The notes below the pieces were generated by a model that was given only the letters and a program-made list of their open reading frames with translations, ran no database searches and was not told the origin of the DNA. Position numbers and translations under genes: made by a program. DNA of 64,000 nt from Eledone cirrhosa. Its lineage: Eukaryota. The stretch covers positions 25,358,001 through 25,422,000 of the forward strand of contig OZ024753.1 in NCBI GenBank assembly GCA_964016885.1. Reading direction: 5' to 3'. How positions within the stretch are numbered: position 1 is the first letter of the stretch; each line of letters starts with the position of its first letter. This document shows positions 21,801 through 35,448 of the stretch, in pieces.

Positions 21801-24275
21801 AAATGACCTGAGTGGAATTTGAACTCAGAGAGCAGAGAGCCAGAATAAATACCACAAAGCATTCTACCTAACGTCATAATGACTCTGCCAATTCCCCACC
21901 TCAACATTTACAACCATATACTTAAACTGGATGTATTTCTGACAAACAACAATTTTTGTTAACCCTCTCATTACCATATTTCTAATTAAAGACACTACTA
22001 ATGTGTTTCAAATGATTAAGGGTTTGACAAACTTTGTCATTATTGAATTGGCATTTGGAACATAACTTAACTCTTTAACATTTAAACTGGCCGTATCTGG
22101 CCAGAATTCTCTCACCTCTTTCTGTTCAAACCGGCTATAACTTGCCACTCATACTGATGTTAAGGTATTGTTCTCAAAATAAATAGTATCAAAATCTCAT
22201 AGATTCTATATTATGTGAGATAAAACCTTTACCACAAAAATACAATAGTAAATATAAAGTAATGTAAAAGCTAAAGGTTCTTACAGAAAATTATGATGAA
22301 AGGTTTTTAAATATAAAGGGTGAGCATAAAGTCTTTGAAACTACAAGAAGAGAAAATGTAAAACATGTTCAGAAAGACTTTAAACTTGAAATTTATGAAT
22401 TAAAACAATGAAAAAGGAAAAACTCAAATAGTATCCAAGATATGGTATAATCAGGGAAAGATGTTATGCTCACCCTGTATATAAACACTAAAATAAGCAG
22501 ATATCACAGAACTAGAGGCAACTTGATATCAAAAGGTAAAAGAGACATTTAATGTTCTCATTAGTTATTTTACGGAAAAAAAAAAAAGAAAACAAACTAC
22601 TTTCTTGAAATTTTGTTTTGTTGAATAAGAAATATTCTCTAATGAAATAGACATATACTGTGTCATATCCTGATCATATATTATCCCGTCATATACTTAA
22701 ACTGGATTGATTTTGACAAGCAGTAAAGTTTTCTTTTTTATATCATCAAAATATAAGGTTTTAGAATAAAAAAATATTGTCATCACTTTTATTGGTTTTC
22801 CATCAATTTATTTCATGCTAGCAGGAACTAGATGTTTTTTAGAAATGTTATGTCCTTTCATGTGTATTAATATCACATATCCCTCTGTGCGTGATGGAAA
22901 AAAACTTGCACACGTCAGATTCCACAATAACATATTATCAATGTATAAACAATATTTTTTTAAAACTGTCTCTAAAATAAGTAATCATTTGTCCAATATG
23001 TAAGTGATTGATCATTCAGCATTTGTTACAAAATCTGTATGATCAATCATTTTAAGGATATGGAAAGGACATTCACATTGACGTTAAAACTTTATAATAC
23101 TCAATCCTTTTAATGGTATGTCAGAAGAGATTATACTAATCCTCTTTAGTGACAGGCTTATGCAAAAAACTAACTTGTATTTTAAGTAATTCTAAGTAGA
23201 TGTTTTCAACGACTGTTCATGGTACAACTGTGAGCCTTATATGGGCTGCGCGTTGGAAAATGTCAGGATATTTAGAAAACATGAAACTTTTAAAATGCAC
23301 ACACTGGTGCACATGTATTTCTTTTCAGCAATATGCAGTGCATGCACCCAACTCTGTTTTAAAACAATTTTAATTCTATTACATATTATTTTATAAACCT
23401 TTTAAAATATTTGTGGTGTACCATAACATTTTTTAGTGCTTATTCAGATATAAATGGATAAACAACAATTTTAGTCAATTTTGCTGAAATTCTGATGCTT
23501 CAATTAGCAGTAGCACTAACATGGTGTGATTCATAATAAGGGCATATATGAAACTATATACAATATGTTTATGTATAATCTAATCTAGGGCTTTCTCACT
23601 CCTGTTGAATGAACCTCACCCTGGTTGACCTCTACCGCTTTCTGTTTGGTTTTGGTCATGTCTTCAGTGGGTGTTGCCACACTCACCAAGCTTGGCCAAT
23701 TGCAGGTTGGTGAGGCTATTTAACCAATAGTTAGGGGTAGATGGCTGTTGACTAAGGAGTTCATCCCGCTGTTTTAACCAATAGTTAGAGGTAGATGGCT
23801 GTTGACTGAGAAGTTCATCCGTCGTTTTAACAGCTTTTTTTTTGGGGGGGGGGGGGAGCTGCTGAGATTCGACTTAGACTCCTCACTAGACCAGGGTTTG
23901 GTGGGGAAGCCAGTAAGTTGCCGACCACTCAACTACGAAGTAGGTTATACTAGGTTAGATGGTACCAGTAGCAGACAAAAGCCTGACTTGACTTGTATAA
24001 TATACATAAATCACATTATGGTACCTTAAGATGTAATCATGTCATAGCTATCTCAATTGCCATGTGAGAATGTCAGACACTAGTGTTTCAGAATTCTTAT
24101 TCATCTTCAATGACATTTACCAACTTAGTTAATGAAATTAACCATCTCCAGTGTTTCATATACAAAATATATATAAGTGATAGCTTACTTTATCCTCAGT
24201 AGTGTCTGAAATTCTCAAATGGTTACTGAGAAAGCTGTGACAAGATCATAGCTTAGGGAACCACAGCTAAATTTA

Positions 24276-24468
24276 CCGTATATATTTGAATATAAGCCAA
24301 GAAATATGTAACAAAAAAAAACAATGGTAGAAGGGTGTTGGCTTAGATTCGAAGTCAATATTTTGATGATTTTCACCAACTTCAAATTCTACATAAATAA
24401 GGTGTGGATTTTTTGTGCATTTCTCAGACACAAAATAGTGGGGTCAGCTTATATTTGAGTATGTATGG
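24276..24468. mobile_element. pogo/Tigger-like MITE
   Basis: TA|CCGTATATATTTGAATATAAGC ... GCTTATATTTGAGTATGTATGG|TA inverted termini. A related copy lies at ~20540-20697. Confidence 0.7.
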
Positions 24469-24514
24469 TATGGATGTAAAAGGTGTTAGGTACCATGGTG
24501 TTTTTTTATAATAT

Positions 24515-25370
24515 CAGCAGTGCTTCTTGCTGCCCTGATGTCTCTATATGAATGCCAGACTATTTATGTTGGGATAAATGGTTCTAAATCGAAACCATTC
24601 AATGTGGGAGTCGAACTCTGCCAAAGGTGCATACTGTCACCTCTCCTGTTCATTATTTACATGAACAGGATTGACATGCGCAGACAGGTTGGACATGGTA
24701 TCACGACTGGTGGGTGTAAAATCAGTCGGCTGGAATTTGCAGATGACAGAAGATGATTTTTTACTTACACTTGATAGGTTTGATGCCGAGTGCTGCATGG
24801 CTGGAATGAAAATCATTGTTGCGAAAACTGAGACACTCGTCCTTTCAAGGAAACCTGCACAATGCACGCTACATATGGAGTTCCACTGAAGCAAGTAGAG
24901 AAGTTCAAGTACCTCAGGGCTGTGTTCACGAGTGATGGACGGCAGGAGGCTGAATTAAGTGCTGCAAAAGCTGGTGCAATAATGTGCCAGCTTCAGCATT
25001 GAGTAATCAGAAGGGCGGTAAGCATAAACACCAAACTCGCTGTCTTCAATTCGATTTTCGTGCCAAGCCTTTTCTATGGTCATGAATCTAGGGTAATGAC
25101 CGAAAGAATATGATCACGAATACAAGCGGCTGAAATGGGGTTACTCCGAAGGGTCTTTGAAGTTATGTTACTTGATAAAGTGTATAGCTTGGAGATCAGA
25201 AAGTCACTCCAGGTAGAGCCACAACTTCACCGAATTGAGAGATAACAGCGCCGATATAATGGGCATGTGGTTAGAGTGTTTCAGGAAAGAATCGCTGGAC
25301 AGATTTTATGGGTGAAACTAACAGGTAGGAGACCCAGGTGTAGACCCTGAGCAAGATGGTTGGATAACAC
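24515..25370 (+). mobile_element. RTE-type LINE RT/C-terminal fragment (degenerate)
   Basis: Translates to LSPLLFIIYM, FADD, VEKFKYL, FYGHES and IQAAEMGLLRR across frames. Confidence 0.8.
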
Positions 25371-26319
25371 TGCCCCCACGACCCTCTCAGGAATAAGTGG
25401 GCAAAGAAAAGAAGAGCAGTGCTTATGTTTATTGTTATTGAAAGAGAAAAGATTGGCATGACCCCCTCATACACACACAATTAGAGAATGATTTCCCCGA
25501 TCTCTGTTAATGCAGTCAATGCAATCTTGAAGTGAGGTGTCAGGGTTATATTTTATTAGATATATAATGTTGAATTACTGTCTTTCTATAACTGTAATAT
25601 AACAACAATTTAAAATAAGATTTAGTTCTGAGCTTTGCCTCAATGTTGAAAGTTTGAATTCTGATAGCTTCTCTCATTTGGAGAGCAGTTATTCTGAACA
25701 GGTTCATGAAATAATTTTACTAGATATTGAAGAACAGAACAAACTATTCTATATTTTATTCACAAATAATTCTTTAAGTCCTGTACCACACGAAACTGCA
25801 TTAGCAAACATACTTGAAAAATACAAAATAGCACAATGAATGCATTATATTAAAAATTAAAGATTATACTCTAATAGTGCAAATTTTCACCAAATTTTCC
25901 CACTAATAAAGATACTATAAAGATTTGAATTAACAAACTACATGAAACCACACAAGACACTCTTATGAGGTACAACATTATGACTACATATTAACAATTA
26001 CCTATATACTATAAGCTGAGGAATATGTGACATATAGATGATAAAAGGGAAGGTCGGTTTATATATGTCATCTAAACAATGTGTTGATTAGCTGCCTTGG
26101 TTTGTAAACAGGGCTTCAATCTTTGTCCATTTCTCAAACATAAAATAGGCAGAGGGGTTGCTTATACATTTTTTAGTATAATACTGAAATGTTCAGAATA
26201 ATCTGCCCACTAGTAAACATACTATAAACATTTGAATTAACAAACCTGTTTTTTTAAAAATATTTTCTACTAAATCATTCCAAGATGTGAGATAAGTAAT
26301 TTCATTTCATTATTTTTAG

Positions 26320-26912
26320 AGGGTCGGACGCCATGCTTTCCAGCATAGTTATGTCCCTTTGCAGTCTGAGTTCAAATCCCGCCGAGGTTAACTTTGCCTT
26401 TCATCCTTATGGGGTCGATAAAATAAAGTACCAGTAATGCGCTGGAATAATTGCTGGCCTTGTGCCAAAAAGTAGAAACAATTATTTTGTATAAGCACCA
26501 TAAATTTTGAAAAACAGTTAAGATTTTCATTTTGATAATTCCTAACTGGAAATAATGATTTATTCAATATGAATGGTCATTGACATTATATAAAAATAAT
26601 TGTTTCTACTTTTTTGGCACAAGGCCAGCAATTACCCAGTACTTTATTTTATCAACCCCGTAAGGATGAAAGGCAAAGTTAACCTCAGCGGGATTTGAAC
26701 TCAGATCATAAAGGGACGTAACTCTATGCTTCAAAGCATGGTGTCCGAATCTCTACCAATACTGCCAATCCACCGCCCTATATAAAAATAATTGTTTCTA
26801 CTTTAGGCACAAGGCCAGCAATTACCTAGTGCATTACTGGTACTTTATTTTATCAACCCCGTAAGGATGAAAGGCAAAGTTAACCTCGGCGGGATTTGAA
26901 CTCAGATCGTAA
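26320..26912. mobile_element. Cluster of three family-A tRNA-SINE copies (+ at 26320-26490; - at 26595-26780 and 26785-26912)
   Basis: Same B box and body motif as 15795-15940, in opposite orientations. Confidence 0.8.
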
Positions 26913-27616
26913 ATTATATAAAAATAATGAAAACAAAACACACTGCTAAAGGGAACAGAAAAAGAAGAGAAAAGAAAATGAAAAGGAGAAATCCTATTGC
27001 CTATTTTATTCTCACCATTTTATTCTAACAAAATATGACTAATTTTATAAAAGCAATCATCTCCTGGGTGTTAAACATGTCAATACATTTATGCTGCATG
27101 CTATGGTTCTTTCCTAAAACATTGCTATATTTACATAGCACATGCATGTGTGCATTTAACATTTTTGTGACCATATTTCTAACAAGAATATACTAGCTTT
27201 GTGTTTCAATTATCAAAACAATGTCAAATTTAGAGAAATTTACTGAAATAACTGGGTTATAGCTTAATAATAAAAGACAAATATTTAACTACGAAAATCT
27301 AATGTTATCTGTCATGTAATAATGAGATTTCATTCTAAGATTTGAATTTAATTTTGAACAATAGAGGCAGTTTAAAGCAGTTTGGTAATTAAAGTACAGC
27401 TTTTCCTTTTTTTCATTGATTGCCATATTTGCTGGCTTATTGGACAATGCAGTCTTTTCTCCCCAAAACATTCTTCCCTGTATCCATATCACCAATGGGA
27501 GGGCAAACAGAGGGTGAGGACAATCATGGCTAAAAAAATTTACTTTGTATTACTATTAGTATTACTAATACAGTAATACGATACAATTTATATAAACAAA
27601 ATGATGTAGAACTTAC

Positions 27617-27634
27617 CTAAGAGTTTCTGAAAAA
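27617..27634 (-). CDS. Candidate 18-nt symmetric microexon
   Basis: T-rich acceptor ATTTATTTTAAATTATTTCATTAG|TTTTTCAGAAACTCTTAG|GTAAGT with a consensus donor. It would join the 15657 exon in frame: (x)FQKLL-D-FTRDIE. Confidence 0.35.
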   Translation of the reverse strand, partial: FFRNS

Positions 27635-27824
27635 CTAATGAAATAATTTAAAATAAATTTATGAAGAAATGTACTAATTCTTTTTTTCTCAAAATCTCCT
27701 TGTAAAACCAGAGGGCAAATTATACAAAGGGTCGTCCAATAGGCCTACAAATACGGTATTTTAAGAACAAAACTGAAAAAAAATCAGCCAATTTGATGTG
27801 AAGCTATAGACATTCTTTAATCTT

Positions 27825-28015
27825 TTTGTTACCAACCCAGCCAAAACTGGCTCGGGTTCTATCAAATAAAACCACCTATTTTAACCCTTTAGTTACTAAT
27901 TCAGCCAAAACTGGCTCAGGTTCTATCAAATAAAACCACATATGTTAACCCTTTAGTTACTAATTCAGCCAAAACTGGCTCAGGTTCTATGAAATGAAAC
28001 CACCTATTTTGAAGG
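27825..28015. repeat. ~63-bp tandem repeat, 3 copies, at the start of a piggyBac-like MITE
   Basis: CAGCCAAAACTGGCTC(A/G)GGTTCTAT...AAACCAC repeats three times with TTAACCCTTT junctions. Confidence 0.75.
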
Positions 28016-28664
28016 TTTCCAATTTCAATTAAAATCTTCCAACATAATTTTATGTTACTATCTTAATAAAATAATTAATAATTTTAGAAATCCCTCAAAA
28101 TCTTCATTAATTAATTGAAACATTTAAAGTATTTCATCAGAAATGTTGTCATTTAAGGTTTAACAGCACAATTAATATGGGGGGGGGGGGGGGGGTCACA
28201 TGTGGTGCTAAGAAAAGAAATTGATAGAGTTGGATAAACTAAACATTCAATGATATGAAAAGTTACTTTATTTATACTAACCTTACTTTAACAACAGACA
28301 TGAACAAATCAATATTACTACACTTGCTAACAAACTTTCAAGTTTGTTTTATCAACAACTATTGAGTTATTCAAATTATTTTCAGTCAATAAAACAAAAA
28401 CATATTTTATTTCTTTCAGAATTTTTCTGTTAGTTTTGGCAAGAACTGAATTAACATTGTAATAGAAGTTCTATAATAGATATGAACAGTTCCTTTCAAA
28501 GTTTTATGAGAAAATAACAACTGTTCAGTAACTAATGTCTTCTTTCTAATGTAACAAAAACAGATTCAAAATACTTCCTATAGAATATAACTTCAAATTT
28601 ATAGAATAAAAAGTAGATGTTGTGGTGTTCAGGTTTTCTCAAAGATATTAATTATATAAACAAT

Positions 28665-29028
28665 GTCACACTGTAGAGTGATTGTGTTGGTGACACAACA
28701 AAAACCACCCAAGCAGTGTAAAGTGGTTGTGTTGGTGAAACGAAAAAAGTGCCCAATTCACACTGTAAAGTGGTCATGTTGGTGTTATGACAATAAAGTG
28801 CCCAGTCGGCACTGTCATGTGGTCATTTTGGTGCCACAATAAAAAGCACCCAGTCCACCCTGTAAATATGGTTGGCATTAGGAAGGGCATCCAGCTGCCA
28901 TAGAAACCAAGCTAGAAACAGTTCTGTATGAACAAGACATGAACATTTGATCTGGTTTGTCTCACAATGGGATAACTCATCTTACCCATGTTAGCATAGA
29001 AGAATGGATGTTAAATGTTGATGATGAG
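28665..29028 (+). mobile_element. RTE 3'-tail-derived short retroposon with internal ~55-bp tandem repeats
   Basis: Ends GGTTGGCATTAGGAAGGGCATCCAGCT...CCCATGTTAGCATAG...TAAATGTTGATGATGA, the same tail as the RTE at 50865-51130. Sister copies lie at ~33830-34225 and ~58660-58956. Confidence 0.7.
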
Positions 29029-29639
29029 CATGACATCATTGTAATAGAACATCTACAGTAGGTCACTGCTTCAGTTTCTGGTAATTACCAGAACATTGAT
29101 AATTCCACGTAACAAAGTTATTTGCCCATATAAACGATACAGAAGTTAAGTGTTCATGTGAAGAGGTCAAAATTAGTTGAAATACATTGATGTCCTATTT
29201 CTTTAGAAATTATCATCATTAACATCGTTTAACATCTGTTATCTTTGCTAGCAAGTGACAGATATGTCACTGACTGGTCAATAATCAAATGAAACCTCTT
29301 ACCACCACTGGAAGCCTGACACAATCCCGTGCTCTACTGAGTATATTTTATTGTGGCATCAACACTACCAAAGTTGTCATGTCTTTAACATTGCTGAAGA
29401 ATCTTCCCAACCATTTGTTTGGCAGGTTTTCTATAGCTGGATGCCCTTACTATCACCAGCCACCAGCCATAACAAAAGGATTAAATACATTTATTTGGAA
29501 AATTAATTTTCAGTAAATTAAATATGAAATTGATACTTTTTTCTCTCAACTTAGAAATAAAAATAAGCTAACACCTATCAATAGGTGACTGTTGCGATTT
29601 ATCAAAATTATAACTAAACATATTTCCTAAAATATCAAG

Positions 29640-29860
29640 AAATAGACCACATACTGCAATAGCCTGGGATTCAAGGGACCCCAGCTTTTTAATAAGCTGC
29701 CAAAGAGTCTGAGAGATCTACATGGTGTGCATGTGGATGTTTTCAAGAGACATCTTGACATTCTGCTGACAGGGATCCCAGATGAACCCACAGTACGAGG
29801 GGAAGCACAAATAAAAGCAACAGTAACAAACTCCCTTTTGCATCAATGGCCAACCAGGGA
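29640..29860 (+). mobile_element. CR1-type LINE 3' fragment
   Basis: Translates to SLGFKGPQLFNKLPKSLRDLHGVHVDVFKRHLDILLTGIPDEP, a typical CR1 ORF2 C-terminus. Confidence 0.7.
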
Positions 29861-30948
29861 AGGCTAACTATAGAAAGTGTAGCATCAATGGCAGTACTCC
29901 AGCATGGCCTCAGCCTGTCAGCTGGAATACGTAATAGAGTAAATGCAAACTAAGATAATGTTTGAGCTCAGCACCCACCAAAATATGTATAAAGACAACA
30001 AAATGTTGATAAACAAAACATGTGTTATCCAGTGTAATTCTACATTTACTTTGGGTTATTATCTAAAATCTGCCAAACACACAGACATACACAATAAGTG
30101 AAGTATAAGCTTCTAATAATTTCTTATAGTTGTAAGATGTAATCTTATTGAACCATTGTCTTTTGAAAACATCATAATTCTATTAATCTCAATTTCATTT
30201 CATATGTAAATAACATATTTAATTGACATTTGCAAATGTCAGAATTTGTAAACATATCCAAGCCATATCAGCATAAAAGGATAAAAATTAGATAAGAATA
30301 AACTGTTTTATTTTTGAAAATTAATGTTTAGACTAGTTTGCTTTGAAACTTTATATATTAAATGCTGAATAGAAACTTTCTTCATCACCATCATAATAAA
30401 CATCATCATCATCATTTTATTTCTGCCTTCCATGCTGCTTTTGGTTGGACTATTGACATAAATATAGTCAAGTTTCTTAAGTGATCGACAAACTGTGTGC
30501 ATGAGAGAGAGAGAGAGTGTGTGTGTGTGTATGTAGTTGTAACTAAGTATTTGGTTCATTGTTAAAGATCACATCAATAATCTAAAGACATCTATGGCAA
30601 CCAGTGCCGTTATTCTATAAATCATCTAACAGGAAGAGAAGGGCAGCTTAGTGAACAGTAGAGAAAGCAGTAGAGGTCTAAAGTTGTTCAACTTGTGTAT
30701 CTATTGTGCATGTAACCATGTTGTGGCAGCTGCAGGAAATGAAATGAATGACTTCATTTCTTAAACTATTCTATACAGTTGATGCCAAAGTGTTAGACAG
30801 AAATTTGAGATATCCAATAGAAACACAATATGAGTTTTAAATGAAATTCTTCAACCATTTCCAAGGCACTGTTGTGTTCAATTTTCTTTGCTTATGCAGA
30901 AGAAAATAGAAATCAGTCTCTTTGTTTTTTTCATATATTACAGATTCA

Positions 30949-31202
30949 TTAACCCTTTAGCATTCACACTACTCTATATATACTATTATATTTTCATGGT
31001 AAAGGCTTTACCTCACATAATTATCTCACATAATATCGAATCTATGAGATTTTGAAAGTATTTATTTTGAACACAATACCTTAACATAAGTATTTATTTT
31101 GAACACAATACCTTAACATGAGCGACCAGTTACAGCCAGTTTCAAAAGAAAGAGGTAGAGAATTCAGGCCGGTTTTGGCTGGTTTGAACATTAAAGGGTC
31201 AA
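30949..31202. mobile_element. piggyBac-like MITE
   Basis: TTAA|CCCTTTAGCATT ... ACATTAAAGGG|TCAA termini. Related copies lie at ~17308-17520 and ~22067-22280. Confidence 0.65.
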
Positions 31203-31847
31203 CAGTGTTTTATATGTTGGCAAATTAGCAGAGTTGTGAGAATCTCAGAATAATTTGAGGTATTCGGTTCAGCTCTCTCAGTTCAAATTCTGCCAAGGTC
31301 AACTTTCACTTTCATCCATTCCAGATTGATAAAAAAAAGTACCAGTCAAGTACTGGGGTCAATTCTTGCTCTATATATCTTTCTCCCTTCCTTTCTCTCA
31401 CTCTCTATCCTTCTCTGGAAGAAGTTGTATTCATATAGGCTCGGCCAGGTTTAACTAGAAATGCTGTATATCAATACAACAATCTTATGACTCCATCAAA
31501 ACTTACAGAACCATACATAACAGTGTTTTATTTCAATACTACAGATTTGTCATAAAGTAACATGTCGGTAAAAACAAAGCTGTGCTATTATGTGATAAAC
31601 ACCACATATCTGGATATCATGTATCCATGAACAGTTAAAGTTAAATAATACAAAACATTATGTCCCCTCCTTCTGTATCCCTGTGTGAAATATGAGATTT
31701 TATAGCACACAGTAAAGTAATTAATACAAATTTAAATGGAAAATATTGAAATCAATGTATAATACAAGTGTAATCTATACTACCATGTGGAATACTCAAC
31801 CACTGGCTTGTTAATTTAATGAGTAAGCCCAGTTAAATGATCATAAT

Positions 31848-32035
31848 AATTATTTCTACGTTTGGCACAAGGCCAGTAATTACCCAGTGCATTACTGGTA
31901 CTTTATTTCATCGACCCCGTAAGGATGAAAGGCAAAGTTAACCTCGGTGGATTTGAACTCAGAATGGCAAGGGCCATAACTCTATGCGTCAAAGCATGGC
32001 ATCTGACCCTCTACCGATGCTGCCAATCCACCTGT
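31848..32035 (-). mobile_element. tRNA-derived SINE family A (near full length)
   Basis: Reverse complement of the A box (TGGCAGCATCGG), B box and conserved body. Confidence 0.8.
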
Positions 32036-34531
32036 TTGATCATAAATGACCTAAATGATCTAAATGATCATAATAATGGCAATTATTGTGTACAATGCTC
32101 AGGTGCATGACAACTCATCAAAGGTGCATGTATAGTACATAGAATAAGGTACAAATGTCAGGAAAGTGAACAGTATATGAGTCATGATATACACACAGAT
32201 ACACACATATACATGCATGTGTATGGAGGGAGAATATCAGGTGTAGTGTTGGTGAATTTCAGGAAGCATGGAAGTTTTGAAGGATGCAGTGTCCTAACAG
32301 CTATCAACTGATGTAGGTAGTTTGATCCATGCTTCAGTACTCTGGGAGTTGTGTTGTTTTCTGATTTTGTACACATGTCCATGGGTGTTAGACACATGGA
32401 ATTTAAAAAGGTCCTCAGGGTTGTTGTTGGAAAGATGGCTAATAATCTTTGTCTACCAAGTCAGTTGTCAGATGTCATCAAATTCCACAGATATCTATCA
32501 TATTACCCTACTAAAAGCAGCAATTATCCATTTAATAATTGCCAACCAAAGGTGACAAACTGTTCTCATTACTACCAGTGATGTAATTAGTCTTGTATTT
32601 GCTGATAAAAATATCAGTTGATTGATTTGATTAACTAGTTAATAAGTAATGAGCTACAAAGAAAAAGCAAGTATGATTAGCTTAAACAATAGAAACAACA
32701 TTCAGCATCGGACAACATACTTTGTGGCATTTAGTTACATCCCTTTGCATTCTGAGTTCAAATCTTGTTGAGGTTAGCTTTACTTTCATCCTTATGGGAT
32801 TGATAATCTAAAGTACCTGTATCACACTGGGGTTTATTTAAGCAACTTTCCCCTTGGCCAAAATTGTTGGACTTGTACATAAATCAGAAACAATTATTAA
32901 CATATTATTCAGGTTATAAGGGTCATTAAGGTTCATTAAAGTTCACCCTTATTTCTGAATATACAGCAAAGAATGTAACATTAGTATCGAAAATATTTTT
33001 ATTCAACCTGATATCTAAAAACATAAGTCACTTGTTTCAGACACAAATGAGTAGAAAATACTTGGCACAAAACTGAACATTAACAGAGATTTACAAAAGG
33101 TTTCAACCACATCCATTACTTTTAATTGATATCTATTTTTCTTTGAATATTTTGGGAGTAATCTATATATATGTATAGGGGGAGGGTTAGAAGAAAAATA
33201 TCAATATTTCAACCATCACACATCATTATCAGCATCATTTTATGTCAATGTTTAATGCACTTGCTTGTTTAAGACTGCATTTATCTGTTTCTGCGAGACT
33301 GTCAGGTACTGTATACCTCCCGAATAAATAAGAGGAAAATTTTGATATGTAATTTGGGTATAGAAAAATGAGTCTTATACGAGAGTAGGCTAAAAAGTTC
33401 ATAAGCTGATGATGAAGGAGTGATGCTAGAGCTGTGAAATTTTGCATGCATTAATTCCAAATCTTAATAACTGTATTGTTTCTTTAGAGGGGCTATGTTG
33501 AAAAATAACCCTCATTTGGTCATTCCATGAGAGTATCTTGGTCAGCCTATGAAACTACCTCAGGTTCTATGGTACAAGTCTATTTGTTTACAAGGTGTTT
33601 TATATCTATCTAAAAAGAAAAACCTTCCATCATAATTTTATGTTAGAACTTTTGTTAAGTTACATTCCAAATAAAAAGATAAAGAAATAGTACAATATCA
33701 AGGAGAGACATTAGTTGTATCTTCTATAATCCACAGTGGTATCAAAACCAAAATATTTCATGTGAAAACTAGCAAAAAAAGAAACAAACATATACATGAT
33801 GATAAAGTACAGTCCAATCTGTCAACTAATCATTTTGGTGACATGATAAAAAGCACCTAATCCACAGTGTAAAGTGGTTGTGTGGGTGACACAATAAAAA
33901 CCACCCAATCCACAGTGTAAAATAGTCGTGTTGCTGACATGATAAAACACACATGGTCCACCCTGTAAGGTAGTCATGTGAGTGACATGATGAAAAAGTA
34001 CCCAGTTCAATCTATCAACTGGTTATTTTGGTGCCACGATAAAAATCACCCAGTCCATGCAGTAAACATGGTTGGCATTAGGAAGGGCATCCATCCATAG
34101 AAACCAAGCCAGAAACAGTTCTGTATGAGCAAGACACAGTCACCTGATCTGACCTGTCTCACAATAGGACAATTCATCTAACCCATGCTAGCGTAATAAA
34201 ATGGATGTTAAATTGTGATAATGATCTTTTTTTTTTCATATACTTAGTGACATACAAGACATTATTGTTTATTTCCATGCAATATTTACTAAATAAAATC
34301 AACTGGTTAATATTCTTGAATTTTAAATTTTATAAACTATTAATCTATAATGATTGTTCAGTAGTTTTTGGCCAAGAAATGGTCACCAACTCCCACTTGT
34401 CTCATGTCAAGACAACTCTTCTAACCCAAGCTAACATGGAAAATGGATGTTAAACAGTGATGATGATACAACATAGCTGATATCTTGTGCTAAACAATAA
34501 CATCTCAATAGTATTTGGATACTATGTGTAC

Positions 34532-35448
34532 AGTGGGTGGAGTGGTGGTGGTGTGTGTGGGGAGGGGTAGGGGGGGGGGGTTTAGTAGTGGTGGAGATGG
34601 TGTTGGTGGAGATGATGGTGGTGGTGGAGGTGATGGTGGTGGTGGTAGTGGGGGAGATGATGGTGGTGGGGGAGGGGGGAGATGATGATAGTGGTGGTGG
34701 TGGTGATGGAGATGATGGTGGTGGTGGTGGAGATGATGATGGTGGTGGTGGAGATGATTATGGTGGTGGTGGTGGTGGAGATGATGATGGTCGTGGTGGT
34801 GGTGGTGGTGGTGGTGGCGGTGGTGGTGGTGGTGATGGTGGTGTTGGTGTTGGTGGTATTGGTGGTGGTGGTGGTGTGGTGATGGTGGTGGTGATGTTGG
34901 TGGTGGTAGTGGTGGTAGTGTTGGTGTTGGTGGTGTTGGTGGTGTTGGTGGTGATGGTGATGGCGGTGGTGATGTTGGTGGTGGTGGTGTTGGTGTTGGT
35001 GGTGTTGGTGGTGATGGTAGTGGTGGTGATGGTGATGGTGATGATGGTGGTGGTGGTCGTGGTGGTAGTGTTTGTGTTGGTGGTGTTAGTGTGGTGGTGG
35101 TGATGGTGGTGGTGATGTTGGTGGTGGTGGTGGTGGTGGTGGTGGTGGTGGTGTTGGTGGTGGTGGTGTTGCTGTTGTGGGTGGTGGTGGTGGTGGTGGT
35201 GTTGGTGGTGGTGGTGGTGGTGGTGGTGATGTTGGTGGCGGTGGCGGTGGTGTTGGTGATGTTGGTGTTGCTGTTGTTGGTGGTGGGTGGTGGTGATGGT
35301 GGTGGTGGTGGTGATGATGGTGATGATGGTGGTGTTGTTGATGGTGATGGTGGTGGTGTTGTTGATGGTGGTGGTGGCAGTGCTGTTGATGGTGTTGTTG
35401 GTGATGATGAAGGTGTTGGTTGTGATGATGATGAAGGTGGTGGTGTTG
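34532..35448. repeat. (GGT/GAT/GTT)n degenerate microsatellite
   Basis: Low-complexity triplet run that generates spurious poly-Pro/His/Val/Gly ORFs. Confidence 0.95.

Noticed and set aside
27617-27673. 57-nt version of the upstream exon using the AG at 27674-75
   Set aside because: It contains an in-frame TAA and has a purine-rich acceptor.
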